Assembly: GCA_010015805.1 (NCBI GenBank)
Contig: ML978129.1
Span: 1,550,001 to 1,614,000, forward strand
Source: Rhizodiscina lignyota
Taxonomy: Eukaryota
DNA length: 64,000 nt
Reading direction: 5' to 3'
Part shown: positions 12,989 to 23,532 of the stretch, piece by piece
How positions within the stretch are numbered: position 1 is the first letter of the stretch
Layout of the letters: each line of letters begins with the position of its first letter
Notes under the pieces: generated by a model
The model's input: only the letters and a program-made list of their open reading frames with translations
Database searches by the model: none
Told to the model about the DNA's origin: nothing
Translations under genes and position numbers: made by a program

Positions 12989-13226
12989 CGCCGATAGTGG
13001 ACATCCAGCTTGCGAGACGCACGCCCCAGAAATGTACATACATCGTAGTATACTTACCCAGTCTCAAAGGTGACAAAATATTTAGCCGCCAGGCGAACTG
13101 TAACGTCCAAAGGCGAGCAGCTCTTGCACTGCAAGTTAATCCACACAACTCTGTATTCTTCAGAGCATGTTTAAAGAGGCGATTAACATGGTGGAAATTC
13201 GAATAGTATATACTATACCGGACAGT

Positions 13227-13354
13227 CAAGTGGGCGGCAAAATAGTTGAGTCGTGGCTGCAATATATACAACTACGAGGATATGTCCTCGATAGTTAATA
13301 TAAGTTATACACGCTGAAGGTGCATGTTTTAGATAAACGAACTCCAGTATATAA
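13227..13354 (-). mobile_element. Partial MITE-like element (right half), inverted relative to 17104-17338
   Basis: Reverse complement of about 17209-17338, including the terminal repeat CAAGTGGGCGGCAAAATAGTTGAGTC. Differences are mostly transitions. Confidence 0.75.
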
Positions 13355-13402
13355 TCTATATTAACTAGCGAAGGTATTTCTCTTCGCGGTTTGACATATT
13401 AT

Positions 13403-13474
13403 GAGAAGTCTGTCAACGGAACATAGTCGTACCGCGCGCGCTATCGCGAGGAGCCGAAAATGGAATGTGAGGAC
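13403..13474 (+). repeat. ~70-bp dispersed repeat, copy 1 (inverted copy at 17342-17411)
   Basis: GAGAAGTCTGTCAACGGAACATAGTCGTACCGCGCGC...GAGGAGCCGAAAAYGGAATGTGAGGAC is nearly identical to the reverse complement of 17342-17411. Confidence 0.85.
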
Positions 13475-14179
13475 GTCGACTTCGATGGCGTCCGGTCTCC
13501 CCTTCTCCTCTCATGGATGATTCTGGTTGTGCACAATGTCATAGTCAACAAGGCGATACGATTCCCTTCTAAAGCTGAGACGTTTCTCATTTTTTTCTCG
13601 CCTTCTTGAAGCCCCCTTCCGTCTTCACGGTTTTTGATTAGTTTTCTAGCGACCTTCTAGCGGCATTGGCAAAACTATCGTATGCCGATCTTCTCGTTTC
13701 CGATTCGTTTTCGTCATCTTTCTGCTTTAATGATATGTTTGGATGCATGAGATACATGTCAGTGTCTTTAGCATGTTGACTTGGAGTACGGTCGGAGCAT
13801 GTCTCCTACGTACGCTGAAGGATCGAGCATTGCTTGCGCTGAATTAGGGTAAAGTAAAGTATCAGTTATAGCTAATCCACAAATGCTTTTAGCCAGTGGA
13901 GGAATCACTGGCAACTTTCTGTTTTCCCATATTGCAGCTGTCATCTAATACCCCGTGGGGCCATGGAACCCCTGCCATTGCGTCTCGAGCTTGCCCTTTT
14001 CCAGACGACTCCGAGGCGGAAACCGTCTCCGCCAAGATGCACACGGCACACCGAACATCTGGATGTCGTGTCAGCCGAGAGGCACCATCTCCTGCCCCAT
14101 GAAAGCTCGACAAACCTCAACGGCGAGGGCATATGTCCACTGCGCGCTCTAGCGCGTATGCTCGCGACTTCCAATCTCC

Positions 14180-15394
14180 ATGGATGGCAATCTACTCCAC
14201 GTTATCGTCACTTCGGTCATCTCCTTCGTTCTGATATCCTTCCGATGCAGCTATCGACTGCTTTTGAGCAACTGCAAAATCCATGTCTCTTGTCATCGGA
14301 CTTGGCATTCAGATGATTTATGGATGGCAATTGCCGTGCTCCCACTAGCTGGTCGCGCAGTTTGTATTGGCCTGTACAGTTTTATCGTCGACAAACCGAG
14401 TGCTAGTAGCGCTGAGGAAATGACGGCCCTGAAGCTGCTCATTCCAGGGAGGTTAACCTACGCGGGTTTGTACGTCCAATGGCTTCCCCATCATTGAACC
14501 CGGCGTTGACAATGGACAGCGAATGGTGCCTAAAGCTCTGCATCCTTAGCTTCTATTTCAGAATCACAGATGAATCCACGTACATGAGTCGAGGACTGAG
14601 GATCACGTTCTGGTCCATTGTGCTCACGTTTGTTGGCATCATACTCGCAACGGTGCTTGAGTGCCGACCACTGTCGATGTACGCATGATTCTTGCAACCG
14701 CTGGCAGACAGCTGCATGTGCTAATAAGCCCAGGTTCTGGCAGTATGATCCGAAGCGTGCAAGTGAGGCTTATGCTGTCTCTCACTACACACGAGGCTGA
14801 CTTTCTTAGTACCATGTCAAAAAGGCCTCGCCAACCTACTGACAATGGCCATTTCAAACATTCTCACTGATGTCGCTTTGATTGCTTTACCAATTCCCAT
14901 GCTCTACAGAATGCAGTTGTCTCCGGGGAAGTGAGTGCCTTCGATGGTTCTTCTCACAGACACATCCTCCCATGCGCTAATGGTAACAGGAAATTACAAT
15001 TGATACTCCTGTTCAGCGTTGGAATCTTCGTCATTGGCGTGACAATCGCACGTCTTCCGCTGATATTCGATAATTCAGTTGAGCAATCGTCTCGGAGTAT
15101 GGTATGTGATCAATTGGCGCTATTCTGTTTCTCTTTACGGCTGACCAATTGCACCAGTGGGCTTCGATTGAAATGGCGACTTCGTGTATCGTGGCGAATT
15201 TTGCTTTCTACTACGCGCTATTGAAGGACCTAAGGGACGGTCATTCAAATTCAGCAGCGACCATGTCTGCCGCTGCGGCTTTCTCATCCATCAGTTCAGG
15301 CCGAAGTCCTTCCAGACCGAACAATCCAGAACCAGCTAGCAAGAAAACAAGGCGGACATCAGACAAGATTTTACTGATGGACGTTAAGAGATGA
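14180..15394 (+). CDS. PTH11-like (fungal rhodopsin-domain) multi-TM membrane protein lacking CFEM
   Basis: Six exons joined at GT-AG introns give DDLWMAIA, WCLKLCILSFY, ECRPL, NILTDVALIALPIP, KLQLILLFSVG and WASIEMATSCIVAN, which are hallmarks of PTH11-related proteins. Confidence 0.85.
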
Positions 15395-15907
15395 AACCCC
15401 ATTTCGGTATTCAGCATCCATGCCGCTGTACTGCCGTATGAACTACTCAGGCTCGAGAATCGCCGATTCATTTACCTGGCCGAAAAGCAGAGCCGCCTAG
15501 TCGATTACCAGGCCACCTCATACGTGTCGAAGACCTCTTTAGATCTCGAGGCGGTAGCTTTATCAGCGTCTCCATCAATTCTACTTGGAAACCATGCATA
15601 ACGCTGTTGTCCGGGGCGTGTTTGCCAATCAATATCAGGCGTCTGCGGTTTGTGGCCAATAGAGTAAATGTCGCGCTTTATGCTGGCTTTAGGCCTTTGG
15701 CTAGCTCGACGTGGCAAACTAGGTGACTGTCAAGCAAGTTGTAACGCCTCAACGTAGGCACCTCTTGCACTTCAGGGTAAGTGGGATTATCTCTGAATTG
15801 CATGTAATTGAAGCAGGCCTTCGAAAAAGTTGTACCTTTCGTCGTATACATAATTGTTGTTCGGCATCCTAAAAGCTGCGGCCAACCTTTTTGTTACCGT
15901 CGGGCTG

Positions 15908-16840
15908 CTATAAGGAGGCAGAAACACCCGTGGGCAAGTCCATATCAATGAGCCAGCCTGCATTCTCGGCTTCGTACTTCAGATCCACAACACATGCATT
16001 AACTAAAAGTGTCTCCTCGCGCGGTTTCAGTCGATTCTCATCCGAACTCATGTCTACGAACACTGCATGTCTGCGTTTCACTTCTTCAGAATCTCCGATT
16101 CGCTGCGGTATCGAGCGCATATTGTCTTCCCATTTAATCCGCTCCGCTCCCCAGGCTTCATGAATGTGTCCGAAAACGTGCAACCGCGGCCGCACCCTTC
16201 TCAGAGCATCCATGAGATGGACACACCCCGCCCTCGCTCCGCTTGCACACAGATCTAAATGCATGTGTGGTGGTCCATGCGTAATGAATATATCTATCTT
16301 GCCTACTTGTTTAGTTTCGATCTGGCTCCACCTATCTTCGTGATGTGGGTAGTTGAATGCCCAGTTGCGGAATTCAGGCTGCCACGGACTCGCATAGACC
16401 CCGAACTGAGCACCGTTCGACAGCTGAACCTCGTGCAATCCCTCAGTGAGGTATCTGATGCCCGCCTCTTTTGCCCTCGGGCTCGTCCATAACTCCATAG
16501 CTCTTTGCGCAATGCCCTCCTCGTAAAGATGATCCAACTGCATAGGATGTCTTTCCACCGGCCGCTTCTTCTTCCGTATGTAATCTTCGTCAAGAGTCAG
16601 GTCATGGTTGCCTGCGATGACAAGCTTTACCTCCGCATCGATGTCGATGAGCATGCTGAGCGCGTCCTCGTATTCCACCATTTTGCCCGTCATTGTGAGA
16701 TCACCAGAGTGAATAAGCAAGTCTGCCTTTGGAAGCGGCTTGCGGAAGCCTTTATCTTTTGAGTAGAAGGCCGACGGCCGGCCGGAATGGGTATCTGAGA
16801 TACAGAGGATGCGGGTTTGGACTTCCCGTGAGGTTCCCAT
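15908..16840 (-). CDS. Calcineurin-like metallophosphoesterase (MPPED/239FB-like)
   Basis: Intronless ORF with CISDTH, HSGDLT, IAGNHD, ITHGPP and HVFGHIHE motifs. Confidence 0.9.
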   Translation of the reverse strand: MGTSREVQTRILCISDTHSGRPSAFYSKDKGFRKPLPKADLLIHSGDLTMTGKMVEYEDALSMLIDIDAEVKLVIAGNHDLTLDEDYIRKKKRPVERHPMQLDHLYEEGIAQRAMELWTSPRAKEAGIRYLTEGLHEVQLSNGAQFGVYASPWQPEFRNWAFNYPHHEDRWSQIETKQVGKIDIFITHGPPHMHLDLCASGARAGCVHLMDALRRVRPRLHVFGHIHEAWGAERIKWEDNMRSIPQRIGDSEEVKRRHAVFVDMSSDENRLKPREETLLVNACVVDLKYEAENAGWLIDMDLPTGVSASL

Positions 16841-17103
16841 GGCGATATTCAAAAATTTCGCGTAATGCTGTGTGGGAGTCTTCCGGAGAGATGAGAAACG
16901 ATGGCATGCCAACCGATCTAAGAAAATGCAGAAGTTTTGTTTTCAATTCATATTTTGGTAGTCATGGAGAGAGTGACGTTGCTTCCGGTAGGTGACCCCG
17001 ATAGTTGATCACGAGACGGTGTTCTGCCCTTAAAACTAGGTACATAATCGTAGATGACAACGATGTCACCCATAAAGCTTCACTCAACTGTCCGGTATAG
17101 TAT

Positions 17104-17338
17104 CACGAGGGTGATAAAATAGTCGAGTCCTATGAAGTTTGAACGTATTTAGTAGAAACGAGGTTTTCTCTTCAACACTAGCGAAAACATCTCTAAAAAG
17201 TTAATCAGTTATATACTAGAGTTTATTCATCTAAAACATGCAGCTTCAGTATATATAACTTATGTTAACTACCGAGGATATATATACTCGTAGTTCTATA
17301 TATTATAGCCACGACTCAACTATTTTGTCACCCGCTTG
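17104..17338 (+). mobile_element. Full-length ~235-bp MITE-like non-autonomous DNA transposon
   Basis: Imperfect ~26-bp terminal inverted repeats (CACGAGGGTGATAAAATAGTCGAGTC ... GACTCAACTATTTTGTCACCCGCTTG). The body is AT-rich and non-coding. Related copies lie at 13227-13354 and 22878-23028. No clear TSD. Confidence 0.75.
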
Positions 17339-17341
17339 GGA

Positions 17342-17411
17342 GTCCTCACATTCCGTTTTCGGCTCCTCGCGATGGCGCGCGGTACGACTATGTTCCGTTG
17401 ACAGACTTCTC
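17342..17411 (-). repeat. ~70-bp dispersed repeat, copy 2
   Basis: Reverse complement of 13403-13474. Confidence 0.85.
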
Positions 17412-17926
17412 TTAGCTACCTTACCCTGAGGGACACGGAGAACGACCGACATTTGTTTAAAGTCTAGCTTTCTTTCGATGAGACACCAGAGAGCTCAATC
17501 ACAGAGCCCTCTTACTCAAGCCCACCTGAATGAGCGCTCTCAATAACTTCGAGTCTCTCTGCCGTACTCCCTATTAAGGTGCAAAGCTGGACGAACTAGA
17601 ACTTCTATCGGCTTATGGTCTTCGCCTGGAGCTAATAGGACCCATTATGGTCCTATTCGACCTAACAGCGTTGAAAGAAGCCGGTTTCCTTTAATCTCTG
17701 TAAATAACTGTCTGTGACCTGTATGCTCGATTGGCTGGGCGACGGGAGCTGGTGATCCTCGGAATGCTTCAGCCGGGGTAAAGCCCCGCAACGAGCCTCT
17801 CAAAGGCCTTCCTTATGATGAAATGCTACATTTTAGTTTGTAACCGTAGAACCTCATCAGTTGACTGCAGGTACACTCTATTTGTTATCTCCAAATTCTA
17901 TCAATTTGCAATTCGTCATTGACAAA

Positions 17927-18847
17927 ATGTCTCAAGCACTCCCCGCCGACCAGCCAAACCAAAACTATGTCAAAGCTAGCCCACTAGCAGCTGGCTACCT
18001 TACACTCCCGGAGAGGTTTTTTGTCACTCCTTCAGATCCAGAGGCAAAACGAATGGTCCCGTCCCTTGCCTTCGTCGTTACACATCCTGGCAATTCATCT
18101 GGATTCTTCAAGACATCAGGAAAACCATTCACACTCATTTTCGACTTGGGCCTTCGGCGCGCAGCGAATCGCTACATTCCTCCACAGCAGAAGCATCTGG
18201 AGACTCGCGCGCCGTACGTTGTAGAGCCGGGCGTTGCGGCACAGCTCTCATCAAGCGGGAGCTCCCCGGCGGATGTAGACGCTGTCATCATAAGTCACGT
18301 CCACTACGATCATCATGGTGATCCAGAAGACTTCCCAAATGCCGAGTTCTATGTTGGCAGCGGGGCGCTGAACGTCCTAGCGCATGGACTGGGAGGCATT
18401 GCGTCGCATCAGCATTTCGATCCGAATCTCTTTGCGGAGGGCAAAGGAAAGGAGCTTCCACCACCAACGAGTGCTGAGTGGAAGCCGCTAGGCCCATTCC
18501 CTGCAGCGCTGGACCTATTTGGCGACAGCTCTGTATATGTTATCGATACTCCTGGTCATCTTCCTGGACATGTTAACCTGCTGTGCCGCATAGGGCCAAA
18601 CAAATGGGCCGCCTTCTGTGGTGATGCGTATCACGACATAAGGTTGCTGACTGGTGAGAGGGAGATAGGAACGTGGAATGACGAGTTGGGCAGAATATTG
18701 TGCATACACCTCGACAGGCCCAGCGCGGAAGCTTCTATCAAGAGGCTCAGAGCACTGAACGAGCTTGGTAATGTAGAACTTATAGCGGCACACGATGACG
18801 GCTGGTTGGCAAAGAATAAGGCCAGGATGCATCCTTCAGTTCTGTAA
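17927..18847 (+). CDS. Metallo-beta-lactamase-fold hydrolase (AHL-lactonase-like)
   Basis: Intronless. Contains SHVHYDHHGD (HxHxDH), FDLGLR, DLFGDSS, TPGHLPGH, GDAYH and AAHD motifs. Confidence 0.9.
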   Translation: MSQALPADQPNQNYVKASPLAAGYLTLPERFFVTPSDPEAKRMVPSLAFVVTHPGNSSGFFKTSGKPFTLIFDLGLRRAANRYIPPQQKHLETRAPYVVEPGVAAQLSSSGSSPADVDAVIISHVHYDHHGDPEDFPNAEFYVGSGALNVLAHGLGGIASHQHFDPNLFAEGKGKELPPPTSAEWKPLGPFPAALDLFGDSSVYVIDTPGHLPGHVNLLCRIGPNKWAAFCGDAYHDIRLLTGEREIGTWNDELGRILCIHLDRPSAEASIKRLRALNELGNVELIAAHDDGWLAKNKARMHPSVL

Positions 18848-18980
18848 TCGAAAAACGTAGAGAAAGTCCAAAAGAAGCATTGAACCGCTTTTCCGAGCCA
18901 TTGCACTCAAAAAGAGTTAAGGTATACAGCGATTTGTTTCCCCATCAACTACCAAGAAAAGGGACTGCTCCACGCTCAAC

Positions 18981-19933
18981 TTACGGCTTGGGTATATGCA
19001 ATGTCGTGCTAACCATGAGACAGCCGTGAATGACGAAAATCAGGGCAATTGGATGAAATTCGAACACTGTGCTCTGCAATGCAATCCCGAATGGCAGGTT
19101 CTCTAGTATCCAACCTTGTGAAATCCAGTATGACATAACGCCGACCAGAACGAGTGATGTTGGGATTGGCGTGCCTTGGAAGTATCGTGACTTGCCCGAC
19201 GCATCTTTAGGAAGGTATTGAACGGTAACGTTGAAGCGAGCTAGGCGGGCCAGGCCGCAGAGGACGAAGACAGTGAGGAGGAAGTGGTCCACGGGTGTGC
19301 GAACGCCGATCGAGAAGGCGCATGCAGCAGGAGAGACACCGAAGGAGACCTGTACATGTTACTATTGGTGAACTAGCGCGGAGAAAGAGAGCTTACCAAG
19401 TCCGCCAGAGAGTCGAGCTCTTGGCCCATTAAGCTCGCCTTCTGTCTCCACCTAGCGACCTTGCCATCCATGAAATCGAAGAAGAGGCCAAGTGGTATGA
19501 ATGCAAGCGCTGCCCAGATGTTTGCGTGGTCACGCGGGTCGCCTAGGCAATAGCGGAGGGAGGAGAAGATGGACATTACGCCACAGAATCCTAAGGAAAC
19601 GTGTGAGCTTATTACAGTAACGAGTGATATAATGAAGGGTTGTGGTCATACCATTGAGCAGCGTGATTAGATCGGCAAGGTGAAAAGCACTATCGCGAAT
19701 TAGCACTGTAGGCTGAGCGGTGAAAGATGGGCTGCGCGCGTACCGGATGAGGGAGAAATGTCCACTATCTGATGCAAGTAGTCTGGCTTGCTTTTCCTGA
19801 GCTGCGTAGATACTTAGTTCTACTACCCAAAGCAATGTCATGTTGTCGAGACATTGAACATACGCGATTCTCCTGAAGCATTGCTATGCTCTTTCTCAAC
19901 GCCGCCATTGGCAGCTCCGGAACGGCGAGACAT
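18981..19933 (-). CDS. CHO1: CDP-diacylglycerol--serine O-phosphatidyltransferase (phosphatidylserine synthase)
   Basis: CDP-alcohol phosphotransferase motif DFMDGKVAR...[18 protein letters not shown], plus [23 protein letters not shown] and a C-terminal HIPKP. Five exons. Confidence 0.93.
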
Positions 19934-20350
19934 GACCTTGAGCTCAGTTGTAAGGTTGGGTAAGCAAAGGCAATATACTGGTGTTTCTTGGTAGGTATTC
20001 TGAGGTGTAGAATGATGAGGAAAAGGCGGGAGTTGAAGGGTGCGCTGTCGACGTGCCCTTGCCAAGGTAATGCTGGAAAAGTGAAGTCATCGCGGCAACC
20101 GCCAGCGCCAGCCACCATCGGCACAGCCCAGATTGCAGGGATTCGCGCCCTGTTCGGGTCGCTGTGGCTGTTTACACGTGATCACGCTTTTCCATGGAAC
20201 CTTCCTTGGAACGTCGCGGCCTTCGAAGCATCAGCTGTGACATCAGAACTCAGCGCCCTTGAAGACAAAAACTCTTAACGATTCTGCCTTTAATATCACT
20301 CCCAAAGCTCACGGTCCTTCCATAGAGCCACTCGATTCCAGTCGTCTTCG

Positions 20351-20791
20351 CACTTCTAAGAAGCTTCCTCGCGTTAGTGAAGTTGTATTCGAGATTATTA
20401 AGCAGTAGCTTATGTACCGAGCCTGCCTTAGAAGATTTACTTCTCGTTATCATATAAAAGGGGCGCCGTTGCAGGTCTTCGTTCGCTCGCTACAAACTAG
20501 CTCCTTCTTAGAAATTGCAAATCCAGGGCGGTATGCTGCGCAGGAGGACCAAGGCAATACAAAGGAGCTAGTTTCTAGCGAGCGAACGGTTAACGCAGCT
20601 ACGCTATTACAGTTGCCCCCTAACACTTCTAAGAGCTTCTCCATACTAGTGAACTTATATTTAATATTGTCAAGGAGTAACTTTGCCTGGCCTGACTTAG
20701 AGGATTTGCTTCTCGTTATGACAGAAGAGTGGTGCCGTTGTACGCCTCGTTCGCTCCCGAGAAACTACACCTTCGTACTGACACAATTGCA
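20351..20791. repeat. Diverged direct duplication (~168 bp x2) with an internal 27-bp inverted repeat
   Basis: 20351-20519 aligns with 20624-20791. 20480-20506 is the reverse complement of 20562-20588 with one mismatch. Confidence 0.75.
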
Positions 20792-21141
20792 GGCTGTAGT
20801 TGAATAACCAATCTGAAGTCCAGGAAACTCCTGACCTGTGAAACGTTCAAAATAGATGTACCACAATCCACAATATTTTATCTACAACGCCAAGCTTCAG
20901 CTCGCATGTGCCTTTGTCTGTGCGACCCACATGCGACAAAGAGTGGACTGCGCCTCGACCTCTACCACGCCCGGACCCTCCTGACCTCAGGAACATCATC
21001 TAACATCTTACCATTTACAATCTACCTCCAAACCTTCATCTTACAAATGAACTTCTCTAAACACTTTGCTTTCCGCCCACTCCCTTCTTTCTTCTAACCC
21101 GCAAACCACCCCTATCACGCCATCCTTTATCAAACGTGATC

Positions 21142-22623
21142 ATGGCTTCAGCACTTTCCTCCAGCTTACATGTATCGCAGGTGCGACGCGAATACAACAG
21201 TGCGTCTTCTCTCGCGTCGACAGATCCCGCATGCGCAGGATTAAACACGTTCACAATGGTCAATAAGCACATAAACTTCAACGCGATCCCCGACCTTGCT
21301 GAATCAGTCAGGCTGCGACTTTTTGCACCAAATGACAACTGCGACCTCCATTGCTTTGTCATAAATCAACCGATTTTTGGTGGCTACAATATCTGCTACC
21401 CAATCCACTTTACAGACGGCGTTATCTGGCTTGTCAAAATTCCAGCAACCGGCACGCCTGACGGATTTACTGAGCAGGACGCGGCAATGCTCACCACAGA
21501 GGCGAGGGTGATGCAGCTCCTCAGGGACAAGATTCCCGTTCCAGAGATCTTTGCGTTCGATGCATCCTTCAACAGTGCGATAGACGTTCCGTATATCCTG
21601 ATGGAATATATCGATGGGACTCCCCTCTGCCACGCCTGGCGGGATAGATCGGTTCCAGTAGAACAACTCAGAGAGAGAAACTGTCGAACGCTCCAACAGC
21701 TTGCTAATGCGATGCTGCAGCTCAGCGAATTTGAGTTCATGGAGGGTGGATCACCTCAGTTCAACGAGACCGGCCAGCTGCTTACGGCTGTGGGGCCAGT
21801 TTGGTCGGAGCTCCTCGCCGCAGCTGCTCAAACAACCGGAAACGCTGGTTCTACTGGGAAGCCAAAGCGTTTTTGTCGACAGCATGGACCATTCAAGGAC
21901 GCCAAATCTTTCTTTCGAGCTGGTTCCAATCATGAACCACGGGACGATCGAGATCGCGGGTTTCGAATGCTCATTGAACTATTCTTGGACTGGATCCCAG
22001 ATAATCCGCCAGGCTCGTTGCCTTTCGTTCTCACCCACCCTGATCTCAACCTGCAGAATGTTCTGGTCAATGAAGAGGGCGATCTTGTAGGACTGATCGA
22101 CTGGGACGGCGTGCGGGCTGTGCCCCGATGCCTGGGCAATGAAGCATATCCGAAATGGCTCCTGAAGGATTGGAACCCTTTGGTATACAACTGGACTGAA
22201 GCTGGGGAGACCGAGAATGAGGGCCGCCAGCACAACTCTCCTGAGGAGCTCGCGTTTTATCGCCATATCTACGAGTCAGCTATCATCGAGAATAAGACAC
22301 TTTTGGGTTCAGGGCACGGCACTGGCTCGACAACACGATCGTCTCTACTCCTCGGGACTCTCTATGAAGCAGTGGAAAGTTGGTCATTTGGCGACGAGAC
22401 CATAATTCACGGTGTCTTTAATAAAATTCGGGACGCCGCTGAATACGAGATGAACGATGAAGTTGAGAATGGCAAAAAAGAAGACAACAAGGCTGAAATG
22501 GAAGGGGAATATGATGAGGAACTATTCGAGCTACACACGATTCTGGATGCGATCTCGCAGGACGGCTTGAAGGACCGACATTTAGAGTTGCTGAAGAGAG
22601 GCTTCAATTACTTCATGGCATGA
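21142..22623 (+). CDS. Aminoglycoside phosphotransferase/choline kinase-like protein
   Basis: Intronless. Contains GGYN, WLVKIP, IPVPEIFAFD, PYILMEYIDG, LTHPDLNLQNVLV and GLIDWDG motifs. Confidence 0.85.
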   Translation: MASALSSSLHVSQVRREYNSASSLASTDPACAGLNTFTMVNKHINFNAIPDLAESVRLRLFAPNDNCDLHCFVINQPIFGGYNICYPIHFTDGVIWLVKIPATGTPDGFTEQDAAMLTTEARVMQLLRDKIPVPEIFAFDASFNSAIDVPYILMEYIDGTPLCHAWRDRSVPVEQLRERNCRTLQQLANAMLQLSEFEFMEGGSPQFNETGQLLTAVGPVWSELLAAAAQTTGNAGSTGKPKRFCRQHGPFKDAKSFFRAGSNHEPRDDRDRGFRMLIELFLDWIPDNPPGSLPFVLTHPDLNLQNVLVNEEGDLVGLIDWDGVRAVPRCLGNEAYPKWLLKDWNPLVYNWTEAGETENEGRQHNSPEELAFYRHIYESAIIENKTLLGSGHGTGSTTRSSLLLGTLYEAVESWSFGDETIIHGVFNKIRDAAEYEMNDEVENGKKEDNKAEMEGEYDEELFELHTILDAISQDGLKDRHLELLKRGFNYFMA

Positions 22624-22877
22624 TATCGATACCCTCTCGCCTACATGGAAGAGCTAAACCCCGATCTATGTATTCCATCGTATCTACCTTCGTCGTGCTC
22701 AAGTACTTCGAGCGAGTGCCCTGTATTGAACTGATGCTGGGCTTGTATGTGCAAGCTGTACAGCGTGGCGCTCCGACGCGACGGTCGGAATAGACTTCAA
22801 ATATTGAACTATTTGCATCGAATCTATTCGCGTCGGAGATGCTGGAGCCGAACTAGAGGGGTCAGGGGTGGGCCTAG

Positions 22878-23028
22878 CACGAGGGTGGTAAAATAGTCGA
22901 GTCCTGTGAAGTTTGAACGTGTTCAGCAGAAACGAGGTTTTCTCTTCAACGCTAGCGAAAACATCTCTAAAAGGTTGATAAGTTATATACTAGAGTTCGT
23001 TGATCTAAAACAGGCAGCTTTAGTATAT
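22878..23028 (+). mobile_element. Partial MITE-like element (left ~150 bp)
   Basis: Aligns with 17104 to about 17254 and begins at the same terminal repeat CACGAGGGTGGTAAAATAGTCGAGTC. Confidence 0.8.
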
Positions 23029-23532
23029 CTGGGTTCCATGAGGCGGCCCAGCACAGTGAGCGATGCTCTGCGCATTGCTCCATGCACTCTTCTAGTGTCT
23101 CTGTATGAAATAGTCCATTGTCAAAGTCGAAACTACCGAGGTCTTTCCCACATTCAATTTGGAACTGATATCCGTTTGACGTACTCTGCTCCGACTTATC
23201 GGGGCATGGGCAGCGCGTGTCAAATGGTGTAAGCTGACTGCGATTGGCAATAGCACTGTGAACGTATGGTGTCCCAGTAACACCTTATACGTCGTAGACC
23301 GTTAAGTTCTTAAACCAAAACGTAGTGACCGCGACATCGTAGGAGGCACCGTAACACAACGGACGCATAATCGAGCACTGGTTCAAGCAGCCTTCTATGT
23401 CGGTACCATTCCCAGAGCTCTCGTCCCAGCCCACGGTATTCTCTTGGCAGGCTACATCGAAGCTGAGTCCGTTGGGAGCGGTATAAAGTCCTGTTGTACA
23501 AGCGCCGGGATCATCATCCTGCCTAGAGGATA
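23029..23532 (-). pseudogene. Pseudogene of a tandem PAN/apple-like domain protein, truncated by a MITE
   Basis: One frame reads YTAPNGLSFDVACQ...IEGCLNQC...PLCYGASYD, then an in-frame TAA (23285-23287), then NGYQFQIECGKD...HTETLEECMEQC...LCWAASWNP, and runs directly into the MITE. An upstream CTAAC...TAG acceptor lies at 23546-23533. Confidence 0.7.

Noticed and set aside
20175..20180. CACGTG E-box upstream of CHO1 as a UASINO equivalent
   Set aside because: A single 6-mer that also occurs upstream of CCT7. It cannot be distinguished from chance or a generic bHLH site.
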